A stretch of 34,803 bases of DNA from Macrostomum lignano (lineage: Eukaryota). Where the stretch lies: assembly GCA_002269645.1 (NCBI GenBank), contig NIVC01004802.1:1-34803 (forward strand). The letters are read 5' to 3'. This document shows positions 11,001 to 32,345 of the stretch, piece after piece (the first letter of the stretch is position 1; each line of letters opens with the position of its first letter). A model generated the notes under the pieces. It was given only the letters and a program-made list of their open reading frames with translations, was not told the DNA's origin and did not search any database. Position numbers and translations under genes: made by a program.

Positions 11001-12974
11001 ACTCGACTCGAGTCTTCGCACCAGTGCTCAAAGTTCTTTGCTGGATAGGAATCACAGCATAGCAACCATTGATAGACACCTGTCAACTGAGACACCTCCG
11101 GCATACGATAGAAATTCGTCGTGTGCCACGGATACAGACAGTTTCATCAGGGACATGATTTGGAAGAGCGATCCGTACCTGTTTCCTGTCACTGTGCAGT
11201 ACTGCGCTCTGTCTGCTGGTGAGTTCGTAGTGTAAAATTCAGACCTATGAGCGCTGACTTCACCTCCAAATCCTCAGGCCAACAAGCACTGACTTCACCT
11301 CCGAATCTTCAGGCCATGAAGTGCTGACTTCACCTCCGAATCTTCAGGCCATGAAGCACTGACTTCACCTCCAAATCCTCAGGCCATGAAGCACTGACTT
11401 CACCTCCAAATCCTCAGGCCATGAAGCACTGACTTCACCTCCGAATCTTCAGGCCATGAAGCGCTGACTTCACCTCCGAATCTTCAGGCCCATACAGCAC
11501 CGACTTCACCTCCAAATCTTTAGGCCCATGAAACACTGACTTCACCTCCAAATCTTCAGGCCAAGAAGCACTGACTTCACCTCCAAATCCTCAGGCCAAG
11601 AAGCACTGACTTCACCTCCAAATCCTCAGGCCATGAAGCACTGACTTCACCTCCGAATCTTCAGGCCATGAAGCGCTGACTTCACCTCCGAATCTTCAGG
11701 CCATGAAGCGCTGACTTCACCTCCGAATCTTCAGGCCCATACAGCACCGACTTCACCTCCAAATCTTTAGGCCCATGAAACACTGACTTCACCTCCAAAT
11801 CCTCAGGCCAAGAAGCACTGACTTCACCTCCAAATCCTCAGGCCAAGAAGCACTGACTTCACCTCCAAATCCTCAGGCCATGAAGCACTGACTTCACCTC
11901 CAAATCCTCAGGCCATGAAGCGCTGACTTCACCTCCAAATCCTCAGGCCATGAAGCACTGACTTCACCTCCAAATCTTGGACCCTCGGTCCTCCACCCAG
12001 TAGACTAAATCCTCTTCAAGCAGCTCCGCAATCGAATTTGCCCCTACAAATCGTTCAGTGATGTTAAGAGAGACCCCCCAAACTCATCACCCACAGCGAT
12101 CCTCTGCGCCGTCTGGCAAAATGTCGGCCAACTCTGGCCACCGCGCCGTCGACAAATCCTCGGCGAAGATCTCGAAGACGACGATGACGAGAATGTCGAC
12201 GACGATGATGATGAAGCAGTGGCTGCTGCAGCGTCGGCGGCGTCGGAATCCGCTGCGATGGACAGTCAGCAAAGTCCTCATCGACTCTTGTCGACGTCGC
12301 CGGCTGCAACTTATCGACGTCAACGACGGAACACGTGCGACGGCTCGCATCGAGGCCTCTGCCTCGGCCTGGCCTCGCTCGTCTGCGCCGCTGTCGCCCT
12401 GTTGACCTCGGCGGCTCTGTGGCAGCAGCCTCGGTTCCATCGGGCTGCCAGTCTGGTGTCGCACTGCAGCGAACTGGCGCTGCTCGCAGCCAGCCTAGCG
12501 GCAACTCTGGCGGCCTTTCCACGCTTGGCCGACCTGCTGTACGAAGCTTCTAAGCAGCTCGACTGGCCGCTGGATGAAGCTCTCCAGCTGCTGGGTTTCG
12601 GCGGCGGCTGCTTGTATTGGCTGGCTGGCCTGGTTCCGTCTGGGGATGCTGAGCCTGCGCCGCCGCCTCATCGAGTGCTCACCTGCCTGGCCCAGCCGGT
12701 GCAGGCCGCGGCCCAGCTCGCCCTGCTGTGCACCGCCCGGCGGCGTCGCTGCTACAAAGCTCTGCACGCCAGGGAGAAGCCGGGACGCGAACTCGTGACC
12801 TACCTGCTAGTGGCAAATATTGCACTGTTAGGATTCGCCACGGCAGAGCCGTCCAGAGGGAGTCTGTCGGTGATCGAACGCATCGGCCTGCCGATGCACT
12901 GCCTGTATCGGTGCCACAGCGTCGCATTGCTGGCCGACCTGTGGAAAGAAATCTACAAATTCAAGGCTAGCTAG
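1876..12974 (+). CDS. Otop: Otopetrin-family proton channel, 5'-partial: join(1876..2074,7872..8038,10912..11218,12097..12974)
   Basis: All three introns are GT-AG with compatible phases (1,0,1). Summed length is 1551 nt = 516 aa + TAG. Otopetrin motifs appear in the right order: FYIYLF, LRLGAI|VFGIASMI, LFTFVQLNF, ARFFLAHLVATNTCVW, YLFPVTVQY, CDGSHRGLCLG, KPGRELVTYLLVAN, LYRCHS..LWKEIYK. Confidence 0.93.
2150..2280. repeat. Degenerate (TCTAA)n / low-complexity tract
   Basis: Recurrent CTAATCTAATCTA units just downstream of the donor site. Confidence 0.55.
2668..5088. repeat. 49-bp minisatellite (GAGAGTGACAATGAGGTGG[A/C]TTGGCCAGTAGAGTGACTGAAGAATGAAG), ~49 copies
   Basis: Period read directly (TGGCCAG at 4081 and 4130). 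It produces the spurious 300-800 aa minus-strand ORFs. Confidence 0.97.
5549..6180. repeat. Minisatellite of alternating 37- and 35-bp units (72-bp dimer; CATTGGGTATCGCAGAGAGTG...)
   Basis: Units end alternately in GTGTGACACAATGAAGATT and GACACAGTGGAGAGT. The ORF translation repeats every 24 aa. Confidence 0.95.
7140..7657. repeat. 11-bp minisatellite (GATAGTCACAC)n
   Basis: Direct tandem copies with scattered substitutions. Confidence 0.95.
7872..8038 (+). CDS. Otop: Otopetrin exon: (V)FGIASMIRDG...LFTFVQLNFLFFMNAK
   Basis: Acceptor ACACTTTGCAG ends at 7871, donor GTGAGT at 8039. Phase 1 matches the previous exon (G+TG=Val). Contains the conserved FTFxQ motif. Confidence 0.92.
8170..9278. 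repeat. Satellite of ~22-23 bp monomers (GTCTTAAG-ACG-GCCAT core); degenerate to ~8650, then a homogeneous 46-bp dimer
   Basis: AACGTGCCAT recurs at 8661, 8707 and onward, giving a 46-bp period. Confidence 0.95.
10255..10892. repeat. 32-bp minisatellite (GGGGTGAGATTCCATGATCCCATCGATAATAA)n
   Basis: GGGTGAG at 10621 and 10653. More degenerate at the left end. Confidence 0.95.
10912..11218 (+). CDS. Otop: Otopetrin exon: MCINKYQVVARFFLAHLVATNTCVW...DPYLFPVTVQYCALSA
   Basis: Acceptor CATACCCGCAG ends at 10911, donor GTGAGT at 11219. Phase 0 in, phase 1 out. ARFxLxHxVATNxCVW is a hallmark otopetrin motif. Confidence 0.94.
11251..11977. repeat. 35-bp minisatellite (GCACTGACTTCACCTCCAAATCCTCAGGCCATGAA)n
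   Basis: GCACT at 11356 and 11391. It fills most of the 878-nt last otopetrin intron. Confidence 0.96.
12097..12974 (+). CDS. Otop: Otopetrin terminal exon: (A)ILCAVWQNVG...acidic linker...C-domain...LWKEIYKFKAS*
   Basis: Acceptor CATCACCCACAG ends at 12096. Phase 1 (G+CG=Ala) gives QYCALSAAILCAVWQNVG, equivalent to EYSLIxAxxLxxMWKNxG. The frame is open to TAG at 12972-12974. Confidence 0.94.
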
Positions 12975-13257
12975 CGGCGATCTGGACTACTTTGTTGGTG
13001 TCAGTAGTATCTAGCGAATGTGTGTCCAAATTTACTTTGAAATGCATTACAGGAGGGAGGTTTCGGAGTTTTTTAGCACGAGACTTCCAAAACTATTGAA
13101 ATTTTTTCTCATTTAGACGGCAGAGCATATTGTAATTTTGTTAGAAAGAGTACAAATGAAAGTACATTTTTCTATGATTAAAGTCGATAAAATTCAGGCA
13201 GCAACGTCAAAACGAAGCAAAAAATATTAAACAATGGTAGTTACCAAGTTCCTCTTC

Positions 13258-13937
13258 AATTATTGGTCATAGATTATAGATCCTCCTCGTGAATTATTGG
13301 TCATAGATTATAGATCCTCCTCGTAAACTATAGGTCATAGATTATAGATCCTCCTCGTGAATTATTGGTCATAGATTATAGATCCTCCTCGTGAATTATT
13401 GGTCATAGATTATAGATCCTCCTCGTGAATTATTGGTCATGGATTATAGATCCTCCTCGTGAATTATTGGTCATGGATTATAGATCATCCTCGTGAATTA
13501 TTGGTCATAGATTATAAATAATCCTCGTGAATTATTGGTCATAGATTATAGATCATCCTCGTGAATTATTGGTCATGGATTATAGATAATCCTCGTGAAT
13601 TATTGGTCATGGATTATAGATCCTCCTCGTGAATTATTGGTCATAGATTATAGATCCTCCTCGTGAATTATTGGTCATAGATTATAGATCCTCCTCGTGA
13701 ATTATTGGTCATAGATCATCCTCATGAATTATTGGTCATAGATTATAGATCATCCTCGTGAATTATTGGTCATAGATTATAGATCATCCTCGTGAATTAT
13801 TGGTCATAGATTATAGATCCTCCTCGTGAATTATTGGTCATAGATCATCCTCGTGAACTATTGGTCATAGATTATAGATCCTCCTCGTGAATTATTGGTC
13901 ATAGATTGTAGATCATTCTCCTGAAATATAGGTCATT
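13258..13937. repeat. 34-bp minisatellite (GAATTATTGGTCATAGATTATAGATCCTCCTCGT)n
   Basis: TATTGG at 13261 and 13295. Some units lack the internal ATAGATT. Confidence 0.96.
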
Positions 13938-14763
13938 GCTAGCTATTTTAGACCATCCCTACTTTAGTTAGGCAGCTAACAATGAAGCAAATAGCTTATC
14001 ACTTTTGAGGAACCTTCAATGTTAAGGAAAACTGCAGTTGACACAATAATCCTCGATCTGTGAATGCGTGTGTCGACTGATAAGCAAAAAATTTCCTAAG
14101 GCAACTTGAAGGATTATTGGCATCATATCCAGGTGAATGGAAGGTAAGGATTAGCTAGTTATTTGGATTATTCGGCTAGTGTTTGGGGAAGAGTTGCTTT
14201 AAGGCAAGTGGCTAAGTAAACTTTGACTTATATGGCGCTGTGATTGTACGTATTCATATTTCCTGAATTTTGTCATTTCTTTAGTGCAATTGTGGCTTGT
14301 CAGCAGCTGTATGAGAGATCATTAATGTCTTAAACATTATTCATAACTAGCCATCTATAATGGATTTTTTCTGATATGAAATCCTTAAAATTAGCCTAGC
14401 TACTCTTTATAATTATATGCGCAATAAGTAGTTAGTTACAATTTAGTTGATAAATCTGCCAATTGCTACCTGTAAAAATATTATAGCTAAAACGGATACC
14501 TACTAGATTAACAAACCGCATTTCATGTTAAGTTTCATAATTGCTTAAGCTGTGTTTTTTCTAAATTTGCATCACTAGTCAGCTTTATCCTGGCAAGTTA
14601 CTCGTTAATAATAGCTAGCTAACTCAATCTTAAACACTGTCAAAATCTGTCTTGAAAGTTATAAAACAAATAAATATAGCTATATTGTGAATTGTGTATT
14701 TGTATCGATTACTAGTTTATCTGATGGAATTCAGATTTCGAACCGTGCTGTTGTTTTAAATTA

Positions 14764-15082
14764 TATAATATAATAATAATATAATATAATATAATATGAC
14801 TACACCTGCCCATGTGCAACCGACAGCTCGGCCGCAGCTATTGCGCGGCCGCATCTGAAGACTGCGTACGGCTGTTCAGTCCAAGGGCTGGGTGGGGGGT
14901 CGCCACACACACCCCCAATTTCCTCAGCTAATGCTGGCGCCCATTTTACAGCTGGGTGAACTGAAGCAATGCAGAGTTAAGTGTCCTGCTCAGGGACACA
15001 AATTGTTCCAGTGGGATTCGGGAATCGAACCCCCGACCTTCAAGTCGTGAGTCCGATGCTCTGACCACTAGGCTGCAACCCC
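14764..15082 (-). mobile_element. tRNA-derived SINE with a CORE/Meta-like central domain and an AT-rich simple-repeat tail
   Basis: Minus strand: A box GCAGCCTAGTGG (~15065-15076), perfect B box GGTTCGATTCC (15021-15031), then TGTGTCCCTGAGCAGGACACTTAACTC...CACCCAGCTGTAAAATGGG, ending in (TATAT/TAT)n at 14764-14798. No TSD found. Confidence 0.8.
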
Positions 15083-15317
15083 ATCTATCTATAGCTATTT
15101 ATGAATAATTGATTTAATAAGATGATTAACTCCGATCTTTTCAATCGGTTTAATTTTGATTTTTCGTGACAATAATTATCATGCGGAATAACATTTAATT
15201 TAGAAATTTTAATTAACCTTATTTATCTGTACTCAGAATTGCTGAATTAATAAAGGATTCAGCCGTTTGCAGAATTTGATGCCGAGATTTTTCTGGGACA
15301 AATATGAGTGACTGACG

Positions 15318-16662
15318 TGATTAGAGATGATAGAGGTGATTAGAGGTGATTAGAAGTGACAGATGTGATTAGAGGTGACAGATGTGATTAGAGGTGACAG
15401 AGAGGATTAGAGGTGACAGAGGAGATTAGAGGTGACAGAGGGGATTAGAAGTGACAGAAGGGATTAGAGGTGAAAGAGAGGATTAGAGGTGACAGAGGGG
15501 ATTAGAGGTGACAAATGTGATTAGAGGAGACAGATGTGATTAGAGGTGACAAATGTGATTAGAGGTGACAGATGTGATTAGAAGTGACAGATGTGGTTAG
15601 AGGTGACAGATGTGATTAGAAGTGACAGAAGGGATTAGAGGTGACAAATGTGATTAGAGGTGACAGATGTGATTAGAGGTGACAGAGGGGATTAGAGGTG
15701 ACAGAGGGGATTAGAGGTGACAGAGGGGATTAGAGGTGACAGAGGTGATTAGAGGTGACAGAGGGGATTAGAGGAGACAGAGGGGATTAGAGGAGACAGA
15801 GGTGATTAGAGGTGACAGAGGGGATTAGAGGAGACAGAGGTGATTAGAGGTGACAGATGTGATTAGAAGTGACAGAAGGGATTAGAGGTGACAAATGTGA
15901 TTAGAGGTGACAGATGTGATTAGAGGTGACAGAGGGGATTAGAGGAGACAGAGGGGATTAGAGGTGACAGAGGGGATTAGAGGTGACAGAGGGGATTAGA
16001 GGTGACAGAGGGGATTAGAGGTGACAGAGGGGATTAGAGGTGACAGAGGTGATTAGAGGTGACAGAGGGGATTAGAGGAGACAGAGGGGATTAGAGGAGA
16101 CAGAGGTGATTAGAGGTGACAGAGGGGATTAGAGGAGACAGAGGTGATTAGAGGTGACAGATGTGATTAGAAGTGACAGAAGGGATTAGAGGTGACAAAT
16201 GTGATTAGAGGTGACAGATGTGATTAGAGGTGACAGAGGGGATTAGAGGTGACAGAGGGGATTAGAGGAGACAGAGGGGATTAGAGGTGACAGAGGGGAT
16301 TAGAGGAGACAGAGGTGATTAGAGGTGACAGATGTGATTAGAAGTGACAGAAGGGATTAGAGGTGACAAATGTGATTAGAGGTGACAGATGTGATTAGAA
16401 GTGACAGAAGGGATTAGAGGTGATCGCTAGGTGATAAGGGAGACAGAGGTGATTAGAAGTCGCAGAAGTGATTAGATGTGACAGAAGGGATTAGAGGTGA
16501 TCGCTAGGTGATAAGGGAGACAGAGGTGATTAGAAGTCGCAGAAGTGATTAGAGGTGACAGATGTGATTAGAAGTGACAGAATGGATTAGAGGTGATCGC
16601 TAGGTGATAAGGGAGACAGAGGTGATTAGAAGTCGCAGGAGTGATTAGATGTGACAGAAGTG
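15318..16662. repeat. 20-bp minisatellite (GATTAGAGGTGACAGA[GGG/TGT]G-like)n
   Basis: Direct tandem copies with variant units (GGAGAC, AAGTGAC) and internal block duplications. Confidence 0.96.
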
Positions 16663-16802
16663 AGTTGATGGCTGTTGGCTCTGGACACTTCTTGAGCTGC
16701 CAAAGCATTTCTATAGTAATTAGCTGACATTAGTTTCACTTATCAACAAGCGTCAATGGCCGCTATCATTAGCGGAAAAATAACTGAATTTATCAAAAAT
16801 GT

Positions 16803-16808
16803 TTTATT
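16803..16808 (-). terminator. Candidate polyadenylation signal (AATAAA) for the DEG/ENaC gene
   Basis: TTTATT on the plus strand about 260 nt downstream of the stop codon. The region is AT-rich, so a chance match is plausible. Confidence 0.3.
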
Positions 16809-17065
16809 TTAAAATTTTGAAGCGACAATTTATCTACGAGTATAGTATGAAATTTATCTCGCTCCGTGATACAATAATTTTACAGACAGTATCATAAGTA
16901 TTGTTCAAAATTAGTGGTTATATAATTCGATTAGGATAGAAGGTTTTGCTTTAACAATAATAGGACAAAAAGGGAAAAAATGAATTCAGAAAAGGCGAAA
17001 AGTGCATAAATCTGCGGACACTGATAAAAAATGACTACAACTGTTAGTCCCACCCTGAATCCAAG

Positions 17066-26866
<9,801 letters not shown>

Positions 26867-27149
26867 CGACTGTCTCTCGGTGCCTCTCCTGGGGAAGAGT
26901 CAACAATCTGACTATTTATCTTCTTTCTGCGCTGCGCCGCGCATTGGCAAAGGGGGGCAGGGATTCGACTTTGGAGAGCCGAAAATCTGCGCAGCGGGGA
27001 ACTGAGAGACAACTGCGAATTGGCTGCTGAGTGCGGGAGACAGAGAGATTTAGCCTGACATCCCTCATGGATCAGCATTCCCCGGGCTGATGAAGAACAG
27101 GCTGACATCTCGGGCGTTGCTACCTGAATGCACTACCGACGGCCTGAAT

Positions 27150-27219
27150 CTACCTATTCTATCTAGCTACCTATCTATCTACCTATCTATCTATCTATCT
27201 ATCTACCTATCTATCTATC

Positions 27220-27250
<31 letters not shown>

Positions 27251-27286
27251 CTATCCATCTATCTATCTATCTATCTATCTATCTAT
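27150..27286. repeat. (TATC)n microsatellite
   Basis: Tetranucleotide run with TACC/TCCA variants. Confidence 0.95.
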
Positions 27287-27600
27287 TCCAACTCCAATTC
27301 CAAATCAATGCCGACTGCATGGATTTCGGCAGTGCTCGGCCTGAAAAAGTCCGCATTGCAAGGAGAGCTCAAAAAGTATGTCGTGAAAAGAGAAACTGAT
27401 GCTCCTACTTGATAACAGGAGGCTAACTGGCGTGCACGGCAATTAACTAGTTGACTTTTCCTGAGACATGCTTGGAAATTTTTCTGGATGAGACTAAGAA
27501 GGAATGATAATTGCTATTGGTTTTATTTAAAGCAAATACTATTGTATCGAGTCTTCTGCAGGCAATTGGAGATCGTACTTTAAGCAATTGTGTTGAGAGT

Positions 27601-27730
27601 TGAGAGGTAGAGAGAGAAAGAGGGAGGGGTAGAGAGAGGGAGTGGAAGAGAGCGGGAGAAAGGGAGAGGGAGGTAGAGGGAGAAGGAGAGCGTGGGACAG
27701 AGCTAAGAGAGTTAAGAGAGTGGGAGAAGT
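27601..27730. repeat. GA-rich low-complexity tract
   Basis: Purine-rich GAGAG/GGGAG runs. Confidence 0.7.
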
Positions 27731-28052
27731 GAAGTAAAAATGGAAAGCCGGTGTCAGTGGCTGGATGTTTCGCATGGCACACATTATGCTCAGCAGACAT
27801 TAATGCAAGTCAATGCCACCTAATTAGTTCGTGTAGCAACTAAGGAAATCAGGAAATCGAAAGCAGCTCGAGCGGAGTTGCAAATTCCCATCAGGCCAAT
27901 TTCCGATGGGCAAATACTTCAGATTGGCTAAAAAAATTAAAAGCTCTCGTACTGATAACTCTATTCATGAAACTCGGTAACTGCTTTGCACTACTTGGCG
28001 CTGCTTTCGTAAGTCGAACCGTACTACATGTAGTATAGCTATTCAGCAAAAC

Positions 28053-29172
<1,120 letters not shown>

Positions 29173-30186
29173 TCCCCAATTTCTCTCCCATTTTTAGATA
29201 ACTCAAATCCCCAAGTGATGCCTCATCTCAGAGAACCACCGGGGTTCTCCCTTGAGACCAATCATTTCTGCGGAGAATGTCACTATTCGTAACCCTCACA
29301 AAAATACAGAAGTCCACTGTCTCCATCACTCCATTTTATTGATACGTTAAAATATTCACTAACCTGCATAGTGTATTTTCGCTTGAAAATGTGTTAGTTG
29401 TGGGTCAAAATGATAAAAAATGTAGAAATTTTTAATCTTGGCTGTTGTTGCAATGCTGCAAAATTCGCCTAGCAAGTAGGTGCATTAACTCGTTAACACT
29501 CTAATGGCTTGCTTAAATATTAACGTACCTTCGCAATAAAATTGAGTAGCGCTGTTCGCAGACTCCAACGAAGCAATAAAAGGGTCTAATTGATTATGCA
29601 AATACTTCTTCAGCCAGTAATTGCGCTCTTTATATCTTTGAGTCGTTCGATTTTTCTTCTGGCCATTCAGAGGTCCGATATATGTTTTAAAGTTCAACAT
29701 TTTCAAGATCTGAAGACACATTTTCCCCCAACTGTCCATTGGACAGCGGTCTGCAAACCAATGTCTGTAACTACAGTAAAGTGACGGCAACAGACGCCAA
29801 GTGTATTTGAGAATCTGCATGAAAAATCCTGGCCAAGAGAACTTACTAAATCAATTGGGATGTTGCTTCCGTCTCTACTGATTTCTAGCGGGTAGAACGA
29901 AAATATCTTTAGCCTTCATGCGCCAGTCTCTGGGGAATTTCAGATCAGAAACTATTCCTCATAATATGCCTTGGCGCAAGTCTCGCCTCCAGGCTCTGGG
30001 AAGCTTTGATCGGGCAGGATGCCGCTTAGGGGCAAGGATGCCAGCTCATCGATCCCCGATCAGGTTTTTATCCAGCTCGCACACGAGCCACAGAGCATTT
30101 ATAATTCCTGTGCGATCTTCTGCGGTGCAGCCTGCCAGCTTGCGGACTGAAACTTTGCCGACTCTACTGTGTACAGATGAAGAATA

Positions 30187-32345
30187 TTGGGATCGGGATC
30201 TTGGGATCGGGATCTTGGGATCGGGATCTTGGGATCGGGATCTTGGGATCGGGATCTTGGGATCGGGATCTTGGGATCGGGATCTTGGGATCGGGATCTT
30301 GGGATCGGGATCTTGGGATCGGGATCTTGGGATCGGGATCTTGGGATCGGGATCTTGGGATCGGGATCTTGGGATCGGGATCTTGGGATCGGGATCTTGG
30401 GATCGGGATCTTGGGATCGGGATCTTGGGATCGGGATCTTGGGATCGGGATCTTGGGATCGGGATCTTGGGATCGGGATCTTGGGATCGGGATCTTGGGA
30501 TCGGGATCTTGGGATCGGGATCTTGGGATCGGGATCTTGGGATCGGGATCTTGGGATCGGGATCTTGGGATCGGGATCTTGGGATCGGGATCTTGGGATC
30601 GGGATCTTGGGATCGGGATCTTGGGATCGGGATCTTGGGATCGGGATCTTGGGATCGGGATCTTGGGATCGGGATCTTGGGATCGGGATCTTGGGATCGG
30701 GATCTTGGGATCGGGATCTTGGGATCGGGATCTTGGGATCGGGATCTTGGGATCGGGATCTTGGGATCGGGATCTTGGGATCGGGATCTTGGGATCGGGA
30801 TCTTGGGATCGGGATCTTGGGATCGGGATCTTGGGATCGGGATCTTGGGATCGGGATCTTGGGATCGGGATCTTGGGATCGGGATCTTGGGATCGGGATC
30901 TTGGGATCGGGATCTTGGGATCGGGATCTTGGGATCGGGATCTTGGGATCGGGATCTTGGGATCGGGATCTTGGGATCGGGATCTTGGGACCGGGATCTT
31001 GGGATCGGGATCTTGGGATCGGGATCTTGGGATCGGGATCTTGGGATCGGGATCTTGGGATCGGGATCTTGGGATCGGGATCTTGGGATCGGGATCTTGG
31101 GATCGGGATCTTGGGATCGGGATCTTGGGATCGGGATCTTGGGATCGGGATCTTGGGATCGGGATCTTGGGATCGGGATCTTGGGATCGGGATCTTGGGA
31201 TCGGGATCTTGGGATCGGGATCTTGGGATCGGGATCTTGGGATCGGGATCTTGGGATCGGGATCTTGGGATCGGGATCTTGGGATCGGGATCTTGGGATC
31301 GGGATCTTGGGATCGGGATCTTGGGATCGGGATCTTGGGATCGGGATCTTGGGATCGGGATCTTGGGATCGGGATCTTGGGATCGGGATCTTGGGATCGG
31401 GATCTTGGGATCGGGATCTTGGGATCGGGATCTTGGGATCGGGATCTTGGGATCGGGATCTTGGGATCGGGATCTTGGGATCGGGATCTTGGGATCGGGA
31501 TCTTGGGATCGGGATCTTGGGATCGGGATCTTGGGATCGGGATCTTGGGATCGGGATCTTGGGATCGGGATCTTGGGATCGGGATCTTGGGATCGGGATC
31601 TTGGGATCGGGATCTTGGGATCGGGATCTTGGGATCGGGATCTTGGGATCGGGATCTTGGGATCGGGATCTTGGGATCGGGATCTTGGGATCGGGATCTT
31701 GGGATCGGGATCTTGGGATCGGGATCTTGGGATCGGGATCTTGGGATCGGGATCTTGGGATCGGGATCTTGGGATCGGGATCTTGGGATCGGGATCTTGG
31801 GATCGGGATCTTGGGATCGGGATCTTGGGATCGGGATCTTGGGATCGGGATCTTGGGATCGGGATCTTGGGATCGGGATCTTGGGATCGGGATCTTGGGA
31901 TCGGGATCTTGGGATCTTGGGATCTTGGGGTGGAGATCTTGGGATCTTGGGATCGGGATCTTGGGATCGGGATCTTGGGATCGGGATCTTGGGATCGGGA
32001 TCTTGGGATCGGGATCTTGGGATCTTGGAATCTTGGGATCTTGGGGTGGAGATCTTGGGGTGGAGATCTTGGGATCTTGGGATCTTGGGGTGGAGATCTT
32101 GGGATCTTGGGATCTTGGGGTGGAGATCTTGGGATCTTGGATCGGGATCTTGGGATCGGGATCTTGGGATCGGGATCTTGGGATCTTGGGATCTTGGGAT
32201 CTTGGGGTGGAGATCTTGGGATCTTGGGATCGGGATCTTGGGATCGGGATCTTGGGATCGGGATCTTGGGATCTTGGGATCTTGGGATCTTGGGGTGGAG
32301 ATCTTTGGATCTTGGGACCTTTGGATCTTGAGATCTAGGGATCGA
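30187..32345. repeat. 14-bp satellite (TTGGGATCGGGATC)n; near-perfect to ~31915, then mixed with TTGGGGTGGAGATC and TTGGGATC units
   Basis: Direct reading. I saw one variant (GGGACC, ~30990) in about 123 units. It produces three spurious 700-800 aa ORFs. Confidence 0.98.

Noticed and set aside
12058-12927. Multiple overlapping ORFs on both strands around the last otopetrin exon (similarly around 17089-17974 and 26389-27108)
   Set aside because: Shadow frames of GC-rich coding exons. Only one frame carries family motifs and correct splice phases.
2668-13937. CRISPR-like appearance of the 32-49 bp repeat arrays
   Set aside because: Units are head-to-tail with no unique spacers, there are no cas genes, and the context is eukaryotic introns.
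15000-15082. Possible tRNA gene
   Set aside because: A and B boxes are present, but the acceptor and anticodon stems pair poorly and the sequence continues into a SINE body and tail.
29485-30180. Short ORFs in the unique sequence between the (TGTC)n and 14-mer arrays
   Set aside because: No recognisable motif or consistent splice structure. A database search would be needed.
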